Below are positions 26,651 to 39,029 of a DNA stretch of 64,000 nucleotides, in pieces. The DNA lies in the NCBI RefSeq assembly GCF_009914755.1, contig NC_060936.1; one strand, given 5' to 3'. How positions within the stretch are numbered: position 1 is the first letter of the stretch; each line of letters opens with the position of its first letter. The notes under the pieces were generated by a model. That model saw nothing but the letters and a program-made list of their open reading frames with translations, was not told the origin of the DNA and did not search any database. A program made the position numbers and the translations under genes. Origin of the DNA: the human T2T-CHM13v2.0 reference genome, Homo sapiens.

Positions 26651-29600
26651 TAAGAATATGATCTGTAATAACATCTTGGCCTTTTCATAAATTTTAAATT
26701 ATTTATTATGCAACACATAAGATGATGAGATGATTTTTACTGTAGAAGGGATATATGCCAGAAAACGAACCTAAACTAGATTGTGCTATTTTAATCCAAT
26801 TCCTTCATTTCACAGATGAAGATCATAAACCTAAATATGCTAAAAGGTATGACCAAGGTATGACACCTAAGCTAGAAGAAACTTTCATGCCTTTAAATTA
26901 TAACTACTTGCTTGATGACAGATGACCGGGAAATTAAAAACATAATTTTAATAACTACTTCCTAAAATTATAACAAGTAATGTGAAATAATTAGCACCTT
27001 TAATAAAAATCTTGAAAAATAATTGTTATTGTCAATATTCTGAGATGTTGTACCATGCCTATTTATAGAAACTCTAATAATCAGTCCCAGTGGCAGAAAA
27101 ACTTACCAAGGTTGTCAGAGGTGAGACAGACAGGTGTGGGCTGGTAACCTGAAGCAGCTGGTGATCTGAGCAGTTCCTCATCTGGAAGGTCATAGGAAAG
27201 GGAAAGTTCTCACACTGACAACTGAGCCTGCAAGCTCATCCCCACCAGTCCCGCAACATGGTGGCCTGCTTAAGTAACAATGACTGAGCCTGAGATGGTA
27301 CAATGAAAGAACGGTAATCTTGTGCCCAGATGTAGAACATTCAGAATCTGGAGAAGTAGTGCCATCTGATTTGTGGAAACAGCCTAAAACAACAATACTG
27401 GGACAGAGGCAGATGCAATGGCCACTAGTAGCCAGATTAGACTTCAGTTCTCATTTCACCTTCCATTTGTAAACGGGTCTAACCTCTCAGAATTCAGCAA
27501 ACCTCAGAATCCGTGGACAATTTGGGGAAGGAGTGCAATGGAGTTTTAATAAAAAGCTACAGAATACTCTGCTGAACAGTAGAAGGGGCATCTTGAGCAA
27601 TTCTTTGGAAAAATTAAACATGACACAAAAGCCATTCACAAGTGGTGTTTCCATTATGCTTAAATTCAAATTGTGTAAAACCCAGTGAAGATAGAAAGGG
27701 AACTGGTAAATTGGACCATTATAGATCATTTTATGTGTATAATTGAATGATTCTTACATAATTTCAGCATATTAGTTGACAAATTAGAAAAAGAAGAAAA
27801 TAAACAATGTTCGGTCTGATTAAAGGAATAAAGGCAAGAAGTAAGTAGAGTAATGAAGAGAAGTGAAATAAGACAATAATGATGAAGACAGATAATAATG
27901 GCACCTTAGCGGGAAAAGTCCTTCCATTGCTACTTAGTGGCAGTTTTTTCAATTTCTTTTTCCACAGTAAACTTTTCACACAGCCCTTTGAGTTCTACAA
28001 AAGAAAGAACACAAGATTTGAAGATGGAAAATTTGAACTTAAATCGTTGCTCCACCATTGACCTTGAGCCAATAACATTGTTTTTTTATCCTTGTTTCCC
28101 TTTACTGCAGAGGAGCAGGAATGCCTTACTCACAGGGCTTGTTGAAAGAAATAAACACAGTAATTATGTGAGCAGGTTCAACATACAGAAGGCCATCAAA
28201 TATGTTAATTTCTTTTCAAGAATATTTAAAATAATCTTGAAGAATACTTTACAAGGAAGAATGTCTAAAAATATAAGAAACATTAAAGAAAAGAAAGAAT
28301 CTGGAGAGTCTTACAGGGAGTTAGCCATTTAAAAGAGCTCATTAGCATTTCATAACCTTTCCAGTTAACAAGGTGCTGTTCTGAAGATTCTATCATTATA
28401 TGATACACAAGTTGCAATTAATGAAATATGGAGAAATGAAAACTCTATTAGAAAATTGCCAGTTAGCAGGACAGGGATTGTAATTATTCCTCAAATAATT
28501 GTAATTTGAGGAAAAGCATTAATAATTAAAAGGTCAAGATGGTCCACCCCTTAGGAACCTAAGTAGCAGGGAGTTTATAATGCAAATTATAGTTTTTATT
28601 AGGTATGTGAGGGGAAAACTTCACCTCTGAGCACAAAAACTCTAAAAGAGGACAGACTATCTTTTTTACTTACCTGAACAGTTTCCTATTCTTCTTTTGT
28701 TTGGTCTAGACATTACCATCACCTTTCTAAGACGTTCATTGAATGTTATAGGTCCCAAGAATAAAAAAAGTGTAACTAATTGTGTAGCTAAAATAAAAAC
28801 AATTTTTAAAGTAAAGAATAAAAAATAGGAATTAACGATGAGATACGACAGAATAAACAATAAAAGCCAAGTTTTCCAGGGTAGATCAGGGTCACCACTG
28901 TCACCATCAGCATTATAATATCTCCTTTATTAGCTGTTACAAAATCTAGAGCATTTCTTAAGATTCCTCCTAGAAAATTCCAGAAGTCCTAGAGATTATT
29001 TTAAATATGCTCATTATTAACCTCCTAGATACCACTTAGCACCTGTCATTTTTCTCTACCCCTGTTTCAACAGCTGTAGTAATGGCTTCTGGAGAAATGG
29101 CAGAATCAATGAGAATTAGCCAAACCAATTCCATGAACAATTCCGGTAAGTCATGTCCTCTCCATTTCTGCAAGTCAGGATTAGGCTGCTTCAGCTCACA
29201 CTCCAGTGCTCCAACAAATAGAGAAAAGAAACATTCCTCATGCCTCTTGAACTGCCCTGCTGTAAAATCCATATGTTGAAAACATCTTAAGGCACTCCAA
29301 TAAAACAATCTTCTTTTTTCAAATGTGTAAGTATTATGTTGAACAACTATGGTCTGTAAGAAATTAGAAAGCCGTTCTGTTTTGTTCTGCTGTCTTTATA
29401 TTTATTCAATATTTGGGGGATTGTCCTTCCTCTGTCCCCTGGATAAAAACTTGGGCAGGCCACGGCATTTTTCAGGTAATTTTTAGGTAACACAAATAGT
29501 CAGTGGTGTACTGAATCTGCTTATACTAACTTGCAAGATTGCATGTATTTCTTCCTAACTCTGCATTTAGTGATATCATGTTGGAGACTTAAAATACTCA

Positions 29601-32600
29601 CCTAGGTTGACAGAGAGAATATATCTTAAGAGGGACAGACCTCTGAATGGTACTGCTCTTCTCCCTCTGCCCAGATGACATCTCCATCCTCCCAACTGGT
29701 GCAAGTGTGTGGAAGGCATGGATGCAGTCAATATTGAAAGAGATCACATTCTAGGAGTGTAGTGATTATAGCCTACAAAGGTCAAGAGAAGACATGGTGT
29801 GAAGATCTGTTTTCTGAATGATAAATTTAACATGATGAGTAAATGAATTATTGCTCACATGTTCCTGCATGCTCTGGGTGAGATTTGCATTTTTGTTCAT
29901 CAACAATGAAGCTCAGTATCATTCTTTGAAAGATTCACTGGACACCACTCTTCAAGGGCAGCAAGAAAGATGATACACTGTCATGAGTAATGAGGTAATC
30001 AATATCAAATAAGTTGTATTAGAGAATTGCAGAAACAAGATCTATACTGTTTCTATACAATTGAGTCCTGAAGAGTCATGGCCGAGTGAGTCATCACAGC
30101 ACTGCTACATTTTTCTCACAGTGGGAGATATAAAATTGACAAGAAGTGGACTACAAAGACTATAAAGAGAGAGTTCCTGGATTTGAACAGGAAGAGACAA
30201 TGCCTTAACACTGCAAGGAATCTTCTTGTGCAGTGACTGGACAATATGCAAACACCTAAGTGCTTCTCTAGATCTTCACCAATCAAGATAAATCACTACG
30301 CCTCACATGAGCCCATACATTTTCCAATACATTTTTTAAAGAATTGCTTTTATAGACAGGAGTCCTGCAAAAAAATATTTGCCAGTGTTTCATATACATT
30401 ATGTGTGGCCAAAGGCTAAAGGATGGCTAAGTGACAAAACTTCTGCTGAACTAAAGATGGCCTCTACACTTGACACAGTCCCATGTTCTTTGGCCAGACT
30501 TCAGATCCCCGACAATCTCCTCTGTTAGGATAACTACTTTTCAGCAGTGGTTCCTTGACCCTTTATGAAATTAAAGCTCTGTTGGAACACCACACCGCCC
30601 CCCACCCCCACCCAAGCTATCCAAGCATGTTTTTACGTAGCTGAACACGCAATAACGTAGTCAACGATCTGCACTAACCTCAGTGACTCCTGCTTTACAA
30701 AGCCTTCCTTATTGATGTGTGTTTGGAATTGAATGAAGGAGAGGGAACAAAGACAAATTATGAGCAAGGAGAAAGGAGAAGGAAGCACAGGAGATTGCAG
30801 ATCTAACACTGCAGAAGTTAGCCTAACAAAATAGAGGGCCCAGTGAATACATTTAGGAAAAGGAATATGGGTCTATGAAACTTTGAATACAGCGCCAATT
30901 CTGTCATTCCTCTGTTCCTCCACATATATAATTCCTCATCATTCTCAGGAAACTCCATTTCTTTCCCAGACAGGAGTGTTGGAATACATCTCCCTCTCCT
31001 ACTAGATAATCCATAGAACACAACATCCTCAGCAGTACATTTCTGAACTTTGAGCTATGCTGACTAGAATACGAGGAGAATGAGTGGAAGACTTCGGTCC
31101 AAGGTGGGGCTTAGCCTCTGAAGTGTGGTATAGCCATGTTTACCATGCTTTCAGACCTTTCGCCATACAGATTAAAAATAGTGTAGTAAGAATGTGCTTA
31201 TTGCCTATTTACAACTATATAACTTGAGGCTAATGACACAACGTGGCACCAGTGATGGAGTAAGAAACTGAAAGCAAAATTTGAATGTTAGATTTAGGTG
31301 ACAAGGTTTGCCAAGCAAGTTTTTGCAATCATTTCAGTAATTATTCTGAAATTTTAGGGTGGCATGATTGAGGTCCAAAAAGTTCAAGATCATGATTGGT
31401 ACTTCCTACAGCATTGCAGGTCCTCATGAGGCTGAGGACATTAGCCAAAGATCAAGCATGCCTTCTTTGAGGGAACCAGAGGAAACTTGATAAGCTGTTG
31501 TCATGGAGCATCTGCTAATTAATGCTACCTTGTCATTTTTGTTGAACGCTATCTCCATCTCTTTTAAGGTAAATGCAATAAAGTGTAATTCACATACAAT
31601 CTATGTGCTTCAGTCTTCATTTTATTCTATTCTCAAGTCCTGTCTTCTGTAGACTTAATTCACACTCCAAGTCCCTACTTATTTTTCTGCATCATCTAGT
31701 GTATTACCATTGAACTCCAATGGGTTTTATACACACACATATGTACATGCACATGTGGATTCACACACATATTCCACGAACAAGAATTGATTTTCACAGT
31801 CAGCACATGATGCACATTTTACATCATGATCTAATAAAAACATACACATGTATAAATATAACTGAATAAATGTTTGACACACAATAATTATCCCAATACA
31901 TATGACATATTCTGCTATTATCTATTTTATTTGTAATGCTAATATTCATGAACTGATTAGTTTATCTAATTATGGGTTTCAGCCTGTAATTTAAATCCAT
32001 TTTGCTCTACATCCAACGTGCAGATTGTACCCTGGAATACATTGGTGAATAACCAATAAAATTCATTATAGAATTATCTGCTCTTCAGGCTCACCCCTCA
32101 GCTTTTTCTTTCTTTACTTTTTGGTCCAAGTGAAATAACTGTGCCAAGCATTTTACAGTATTCCCAACTAATCTCTGAATTCAAAAGGGAGGCATATATC
32201 CTCATTTTCAAGTAAATTTAAGAATTAAACACTTGTTCTGCCAGAAAGATAAACATACATATACCTACCTACACACACACACATACACATGGACAGAAAT
32301 AAAGGCCTGGAAATAGATGCCCAACATTTATAATAGTGATTATCTCAAGATAATAAGACTGAATAAAAAAGGGAAGGGAATGAGGGACTATCACCTTTTA
32401 CATTATGTACTTCCACACTTTTTTACAATAGGCTTGTATTATTATTGTACTTTTTAAGTTAATTAAGATATATTCAGTTGTAGAAATTTGGAAAACATGA
32501 CAATAAATCTCCAAAGTCTCACCACCCAGAAAAAAATCGGTCATAAAAATTGGATACATTTCTTTTCATCTTTTCTTCCATTAACATACACACACAATCA

Positions 32601-34755
32601 CACACATACACACAGAACACTATAATTATAGTAGACATAGATTTTTATCCTTTTTCACTTAGCATTATAATCAAGGATATTTAGCCAAGTTGTTAAAATT
32701 TTTTCAACTACTTAGCATTTCATAATTGCATATAGTTCATCAAATGGGTATTTCAAAAAATAGAAAAGTGGTCATTTATTATTAAAATTATTTCCAGAAT
32801 TCTCAATAAGAATATTTTAATAAATTATAACCCCCAAATGAAATAATAAAATTATTAAATTTCTACCACAATTATGTGTAAAACAGACATACACAGTTGA
32901 ACAAGATTGAAGCCCACAGAATAGTTTAAAAAGGAGTGTGCCTTAGTATCATTAAACATTTCTTACCCAGTCTTCAGGTAAAATAGTTCACATAAGTGTT
33001 CAGCACTTTGAGGATATAATCATTTAAAAATGGCTTAGAAAATTTACAAATAATTAAACTTAATTAACTTTAATAGGGCAGCATGAATAGAGCTACACAG
33101 ATAAAATAAACAATACAAACCATTAAATGGAGGAAAAATCTAGAATGGGCATAGTTTTAAACATATTCCACTTGAAGAACCTGTACAAACCTAGTGGTAA
33201 TAGCTAAATAGGCAGCTACGCTTGTACCGGTCAAGCTCAAAGGAGATAAAGTGGTCAGACTGCATATTTAGCAACAGGGAGCTAAAGCCATGGCCAGTGA
33301 ATGAGCCCAGACAAGTACTGTACATGGGATGAAAGAAGACCATGGTCACACAGATAAACCAGGTCATTCAGCTCACCCCTACTTCTTTCCTCTTTAGCTT
33401 TAGAGATCATATATATGTACCCTCCTCTTAAATCTATATCACATGTTTTGTATCCCTAAACATCTTATGAGCTTTTCAATGACATGTATTTCCTTTTCAA
33501 CCATGTAATACACAGTTGGATGCTAAAAGAACTCTGGACTTTCAATTACAGTAATTATAAAGTCTTTAATTCATATAATCCTATACATAATATAAATAAG
33601 AATCTGCTCTAAAGGCATTGGAAGCTCAGCAAAATAGTGAGTAATTACCAGGCCATGATCCAGAAGAAGAGGGAAATCAATAGAGGCAAGGTCAGGATTT
33701 AGGCTTACTCTTTCCTGGGGCACTGGCTAATACTGGAAGAGGCTGCTTAGGGGCTGAGGGGCTGAGTGGTGCTCTTAACAACATCCCAGGAATAAGCAGA
33801 CAGAAGCTGGAGGCCAGGACCTGCTTGAGAATACAGAGGTGCCGATAAATCTTATGCACTTTGGGTTAGGACACTGAAGAGTTATATCCAAGGAGTAAAT
33901 GTTAACTAGAAGTTGTTCATCACTGGAACTACAGCTAAGCTTTCTTCTTCTTTCATCCCATGTACTGTCTTTAGAGCTCGACAGGTACAGTTTCTCTCAG
34001 TCCCAGAAATTAAATTGAGGTGATCAGATTACTAGTGTACAGAGGCAACTGTTGAAGCAAAAGTAAACAATCTCCAGAGAAAAATATTATACTAGGCCTC
34101 AATTTCTACAAGCAATTTTTAAGTATAATGTCTGCCTCACAATAAAAAACATCCATGCATGTGAAAGGACAAAATACAATAAATGAGAACCAATAGAAAC
34201 AACAGGATAATTAAAAGGCCTGTAGGGCCTGTAGATGCTGACGTTATCAAACACAGACTTAAACTATGCTGACCATGATTAAGGTTATAAAGGTATAATT
34301 AAGAATTTCAATTAGGACAGAACTGAAAACAATTTTAAAAAGACATAGTACATTCTTAAGAACACACAGAATTTCTAGAAATAAAAAATACAGCTAACAA
34401 ATTAGGAACTCAATGATGAGTTTAATACTAGTTTAGATGCAACTGAAGAGAGAATTCATGAAGTGACACGAAAATCAAAAGAAACAATCTAGAATGTAGT
34501 ACAAAGAGAGAAAAAGATAAAAAATACAGAAGCAAGGATAAGAGATGTAGAGAACAGAATAAGAAGCTCTAAACTATGTGTAAATTATAGTCCCAGAAAG
34601 AAAGCAGGGAGTATATGTGGCAGGAGTAATATTTGAATAATGGCTAAGAATATTCCAAAACTGAATGTTCTAGACATAGATTTGAGAAACCCTGTAAACC
34701 CAAGCAGGTTAAATAAAAGCCAGCGATAATGAATATTTAAAGTGCTAAAAGAAAA

Positions 34756-35138
34756 TGTTGTCACTGAATGTTTGTATCCCCCTGAAATTCATATGTTGAA
34801 GCCTTAACCTCTAGTGTGACTGTATTTGCACGTAAGGCCTGTAAGAAGGTAATATGGTTAAATGAGATCATAAGCGTGGGCCCCAATCCAATAGGGCTGG
34901 TGCCCTTGTAAGAAAAGGAAAAGGAAAAGATACGGGAGCTCTCTCTCTCTGCCATGTGAGGTCACAGTGAGAAGGCAGCTATCTGTAAGCCAGGAAGGGA
35001 GCTCTCAGCAGAAACTGAATTGGCCAGCAACTTGATCTTGGACTTCTCAGGTTTCAGAACAATGAGAAAATAATTTTCTATTGTTTAAGTCACCCAGTCT
35101 GTGGAATTTTGTTACGGCAGCCTGATCAGACTAATGTA
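34756..35138 (+). mobile_element. MLT1A0-like MaLR solo LTR
   Basis: 'actgaatgtttgtatccccctgaaattcatatgttgaagcc' ... 'ttgttacggcagcctga'; 5-bp TSD gaaaa. Confidence 0.85.
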
Positions 35139-35294
35139 GAAAATAAGTGCCGATTTATAATTCTAATAAAGTAAAATAAAAACGTTTGGGGATAAATAGT
35201 GAGTGAGAGAATTAATTATCAGTAGGTTAATACTGCTGGAAAGGAAGTATCCAAAGGCATTTTTATGTGGAAGGAAAGGAAACCAGATGAAAGG

Positions 35295-35375
35295 CAAAAG
35301 ATGAAGATGAGGAAGACGAAGAAGAAGAGGAGGAGGAGTAGGAGGAGGGGAAGGAGGAGGAGAGGAATAAGAAGA
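35295..35375. repeat. GA-rich low-complexity tract (GAA/GAG)
   Basis: Direct reading. Confidence 0.8.
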
Positions 35376-37040
35376 AATAGCAAATAAAGTAGTGAATTTG
35401 TGAGTAAATGCATTCAAATATTAATCATATAAAGTAATAACAAAAGTAGCATTTAAGTTTGGGGTGTGGTAAGTGGTGTTAAAATGCTCTAAGATTATTA
35501 AATTTTCTGGGAATAGGTTAAAAGTAACAATTAGTATTAGACTTTGATATGTCAAGGATACATATCTAATCCCTAGGTTGACACTGTAAGAGTATATAAA
35601 TACTAAACTAATGGATGAGGAAAATGAAAAAATAAAAAGTATTAATCCAAAAGGAGAGGACAAGAAATAAACAATAGTCAGGACAACTAAAAGCCCATAA
35701 TAAGATGGTAGATTTAAATCCAAGCAGATCTGAATTATATTAAATATAAATACTAAAGTTCAAATTAAAAGATGGATTGTTACAGTGGACTTAAAAAAAT
35801 GCAACTATATTCTATATATATGAGGTTATCTTAACAAAAGTATAGAAATAAATAAATAAAAGAATGGGGAGGGGGCAAGAAAAAATAAAACAAAAGAATG
35901 AAAAAATATTAACCAAAGAACATCAACCAAAGGAAACAAATTTAGGAAACTAATTAAATAGACTTTTAAGGCAAAATGCATTATAAAAGATAAAAAGACA
36001 CATTTCATAGTAATAACAGTTTCAAAACTACAACTGACCAAGAATGTTTAACAATTCTAAACTGTTATGCACCTAATGACATTGCCTCAAAATAAATAAA
36101 GCATAACTGACAAAATTACAAAGGAAAAAAGTCTAATCTAAAATTACAATAGTGAGACTGGTAGAATAACCATCCAACTGAGTCTAGTCAGCCTTAAGAA
36201 TCATAAGAAAGCTTAAAATGGTTGTTTACTTAGGTCACTGAGTTTTGGGGTAATTTATTAGGGCAGGAATAGATAACTAAAACACCAATCATGTAGCTTA
36301 AAAGTTTCAAGTGTCAAGGTAACCATTCCAGAGCTTGATGTCTGGCCCTTCCTGTTTCCTGTTTCTATGTGCTTCCCTAGGATGTAATGGGCCTGTGGAA
36401 AACTGCCCATCTGTGTACTGTTTTCTCAGTTATTCGCTTTCTGGTATTCCCTTTTGTTGATCAACAACTGTACACACATGCAATGGCTCAAATTAAGAAG
36501 TGAAGTAAAGAAGGATATGGTAAAATGAGAATACTCATGCATTCTGAGTGGGAGTATAAATAAGTACGTTTGGAAGATATTCTGGTGTTATCTACTAAAG
36601 ATAAAGATATATCTCCTTATGATCCAACAAGTTCACTCATAGATGCAGAGAAGTATGTAAATATGCATTGAGATTCATATGATTCATATACAACAATGAT
36701 CATAGTAACACCATTCATAATTGCCCAAAGTTGAGAACTTCAACATTTTTATAAATATTAGAACAAATAAAATAAATTGAGACTATTCATACAACAGAGT
36801 AGCATAAACCAATTAAAATTAACATGTTACATGCAACAACATGAAAATATATGTCCACTAGTACAAGAATGTTCATAATTACTTTATTCATAATAGCCCC
36901 AAACTGGAAACAACACAAATGTACATCAACACAATCCACATGATATATCAATGAACAATTTGTAGTGTACCTATACAAAGAAACGCTACTCAGTAATATA
37001 GAGGATTACACTACTGATTCACCCAACCACATGAATGAAT

Positions 37041-37237
37041 ACAGTGATGTGCCGACAACTGGCTCTTTAGGGTAGGGAAACCCTGATTTGTAGCATTTGC
37101 CAATTTCCATGAGGTAAATAGTCCCACCATGGCCAATTTCAAGCTACCAAACTGAAGTCACTGCACGCAAATTTGGTAATACATGCACACAGTTGGCTCT
37201 CTCAACCTAGTCTGAGCTGGCTCTAGCATGACACTAG
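37041..37237. mobile_element. MER63A-like hAT fossil inserted in L1M
   Basis: 'ccctgatttgtagcatttgccaatttccat..gtaaata.tcccaccatggccaatttcaagctaccaa'; cagtg...cact ends. Confidence 0.75.
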
Positions 37238-37533
37238 ATGAATCTCACAGACAATAAGCTGTGCAAAAAGGCCAGACACAAGGGTACCCATTATGTGACT
37301 TCATTTATATGAAGTCCTAGAAAACTAATTTAAAATGAAAAAGAAAAATCAGAAAAGTGGTCCCATCTGGGGAGCTGGGGTGGGGGATTATCTGGGAAGA
37401 AGCAGGAGGGAATTTTATGGGAAGATGAAAATGTTCTATATGTCGTGATAAGGTTGTGCATTACATAGGTATATCCATTTGTCAAAATTGTACAGCTAAG
37501 ACTCATACCTTTCAAAGCACATAAACTTTACCT

Positions 37534-37638
37534 AAAAAAAAAAAAAAAGAGAAAGGAAGGAAGGGAGGGAGGAAGGGAGGGAGGGCAGGGGAGGGGAGGG
37601 GAATGGAGGGGAGGGGAGGGGAGGAAGGGAGGAAGAAA
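37534..37638. repeat. Polypurine tract (A)n-(GGAA/GGAG/GGGGA)n
   Basis: About 100 nt, nearly pure purine on the + strand. Confidence 0.9.
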
Positions 37639-38731
37639 CTGTAAAAAAGTTGTGAGATTAATTGAGTAGGGGAGTGGGGATAGATGTATAGAAAACAATA
37701 CAGAAAAGGCAGAAAGTTGATAAATCATTGAAGCTGGGTGATGGGTGTATGGAGATTTATTACATCCCCTTTACTTCAGGTATGCTTAAATTTTTGTGCA
37801 GTAAAATGTTTAAAAATAACTCATATATAGATGAACATAGATTCACCAACGTTTTCATTCACCAACCACGGTCTTTTCTTTGATCATAAGTCTTCCGGTT
37901 TCATTTTATCTTTGTTGCATAAACCGCCCCATGCATTTCTAGTCATTTTCCCTTTAAAGTAGAAAGAAAACTTAAAGACACATATAAAGCCATCATTGTG
38001 CAAAACTCTAGACTGTTACAACTTTTTCCATACAGCTTTTCTCTTTAACATGCCTTTTTTCATAACTAATTGGACAGGTTTTGCCAACTAAATTGACTGT
38101 GCCTGTCCATAACATTAAATTTAGTTGATATAAAATCAATAAGCCACTTTCTTTTTGCTCTTATGTTCACCAGTTTATATAATTTTAAAAGTGTATAATT
38201 AAAATACTAATATACCTGATGTTACACATTTGAGAAAAAACTCAAAACAAACTCAAGATCAACTAACCCTCAGTAAGAAAGAACAACTCCACAACTCAAT
38301 TGATATGCAGGGGTGCCACTGTGCACAGGACCTTTCTAACCACTTCCCAGGCATGCTGGATTAGCTGACACTCCCTATTCCCTATATTATAGACACAGGC
38401 CACTGCCTCTTACTATTACAGTCCTAAATTATTTCATAGAAGTCTATTAACCTCTACTTTACCTAAAAACATACTATAGATACACTTCAACTAAAGCTAA
38501 CTAAAATGTAATCAATCATTTTGTCTACTGGAGAATGTATCCTGAGTACTCATTTGCACATATTTCAGTCTTTCAACAGTAGTAGTTCTATCTAGCAATG
38601 ACATTTGAGGAAGAAGGAAAGATATACTAGTAATTTACAAATTTGGTATCTCTGCATAAGTCATGACACAAAATTCCCCCAACAGTCTGAAGAAGGCTAG
38701 ACGTAAAAAAAATCTACTGCATGATTTAATT

Positions 38732-39029
38732 AATTTAGTTATTTATTTATTTGTTTGTTTTATTATACTTTAAGTTCTAGGGTACATGTTCACAACGTGC
38801 AGGTTTGTTACATATGCATACATGTGCCACTTTGGTGTGCTGCACCCATTAACTCATCATTTAGCAGTAGGTATATCTCCTAATGCTATCCCTCCCCACT
38901 CCCCCGACCCCACAACAGGCCCCGGTGTGTGATGTTCCCCTTCCTGTGTCCAAGTGTTCTCACTGTTCAATTCCCACCTATGAGTGAGAACATGCAGTGT
39001 TTGGTTTTTTGTCCTTGCGATAGTTTGCT
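38732..39029 (-). mobile_element. Short 5'-truncated L1PA (about L1PA3-5) 3' end
   Basis: 'ttatactttaagttctagggtacatg...gtccttgcgatagtttgct'; 14-bp TSD tgcat(g/t)atttaatt at 38718 and 39030. Confidence 0.93.

Larger units (their letters stand above)
33600..36150 (+). mobile_element. Ancient L1M fragment (ORF1 / inter-ORF / ORF2 start remnants), interrupted by MLT1A0
   Basis: A-rich degenerate L1 text: 'aactcaatgatgagtttaata..agtttagat.caactgaagagagaatt', 'atggctaagaatattccaaaactga', 'aaatagacttttaaggcaaa', 'ttatgcacctaa'. Confidence 0.65.
36500..37820 (+). mobile_element. L1ME/L1MC-like 3' fragments (approximate bounds)
   Basis: 'ttattcataatagccccaaactggaaacaacacaaatgtacatcaaca', 'atgaatctcacagac...aaaaggccagacaca'. 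Confidence 0.7.

Noticed and set aside
35163-35417. Pro/Leu-rich ORFs
   Set aside because: Translation of the GA-rich low-complexity tract inside an old L1
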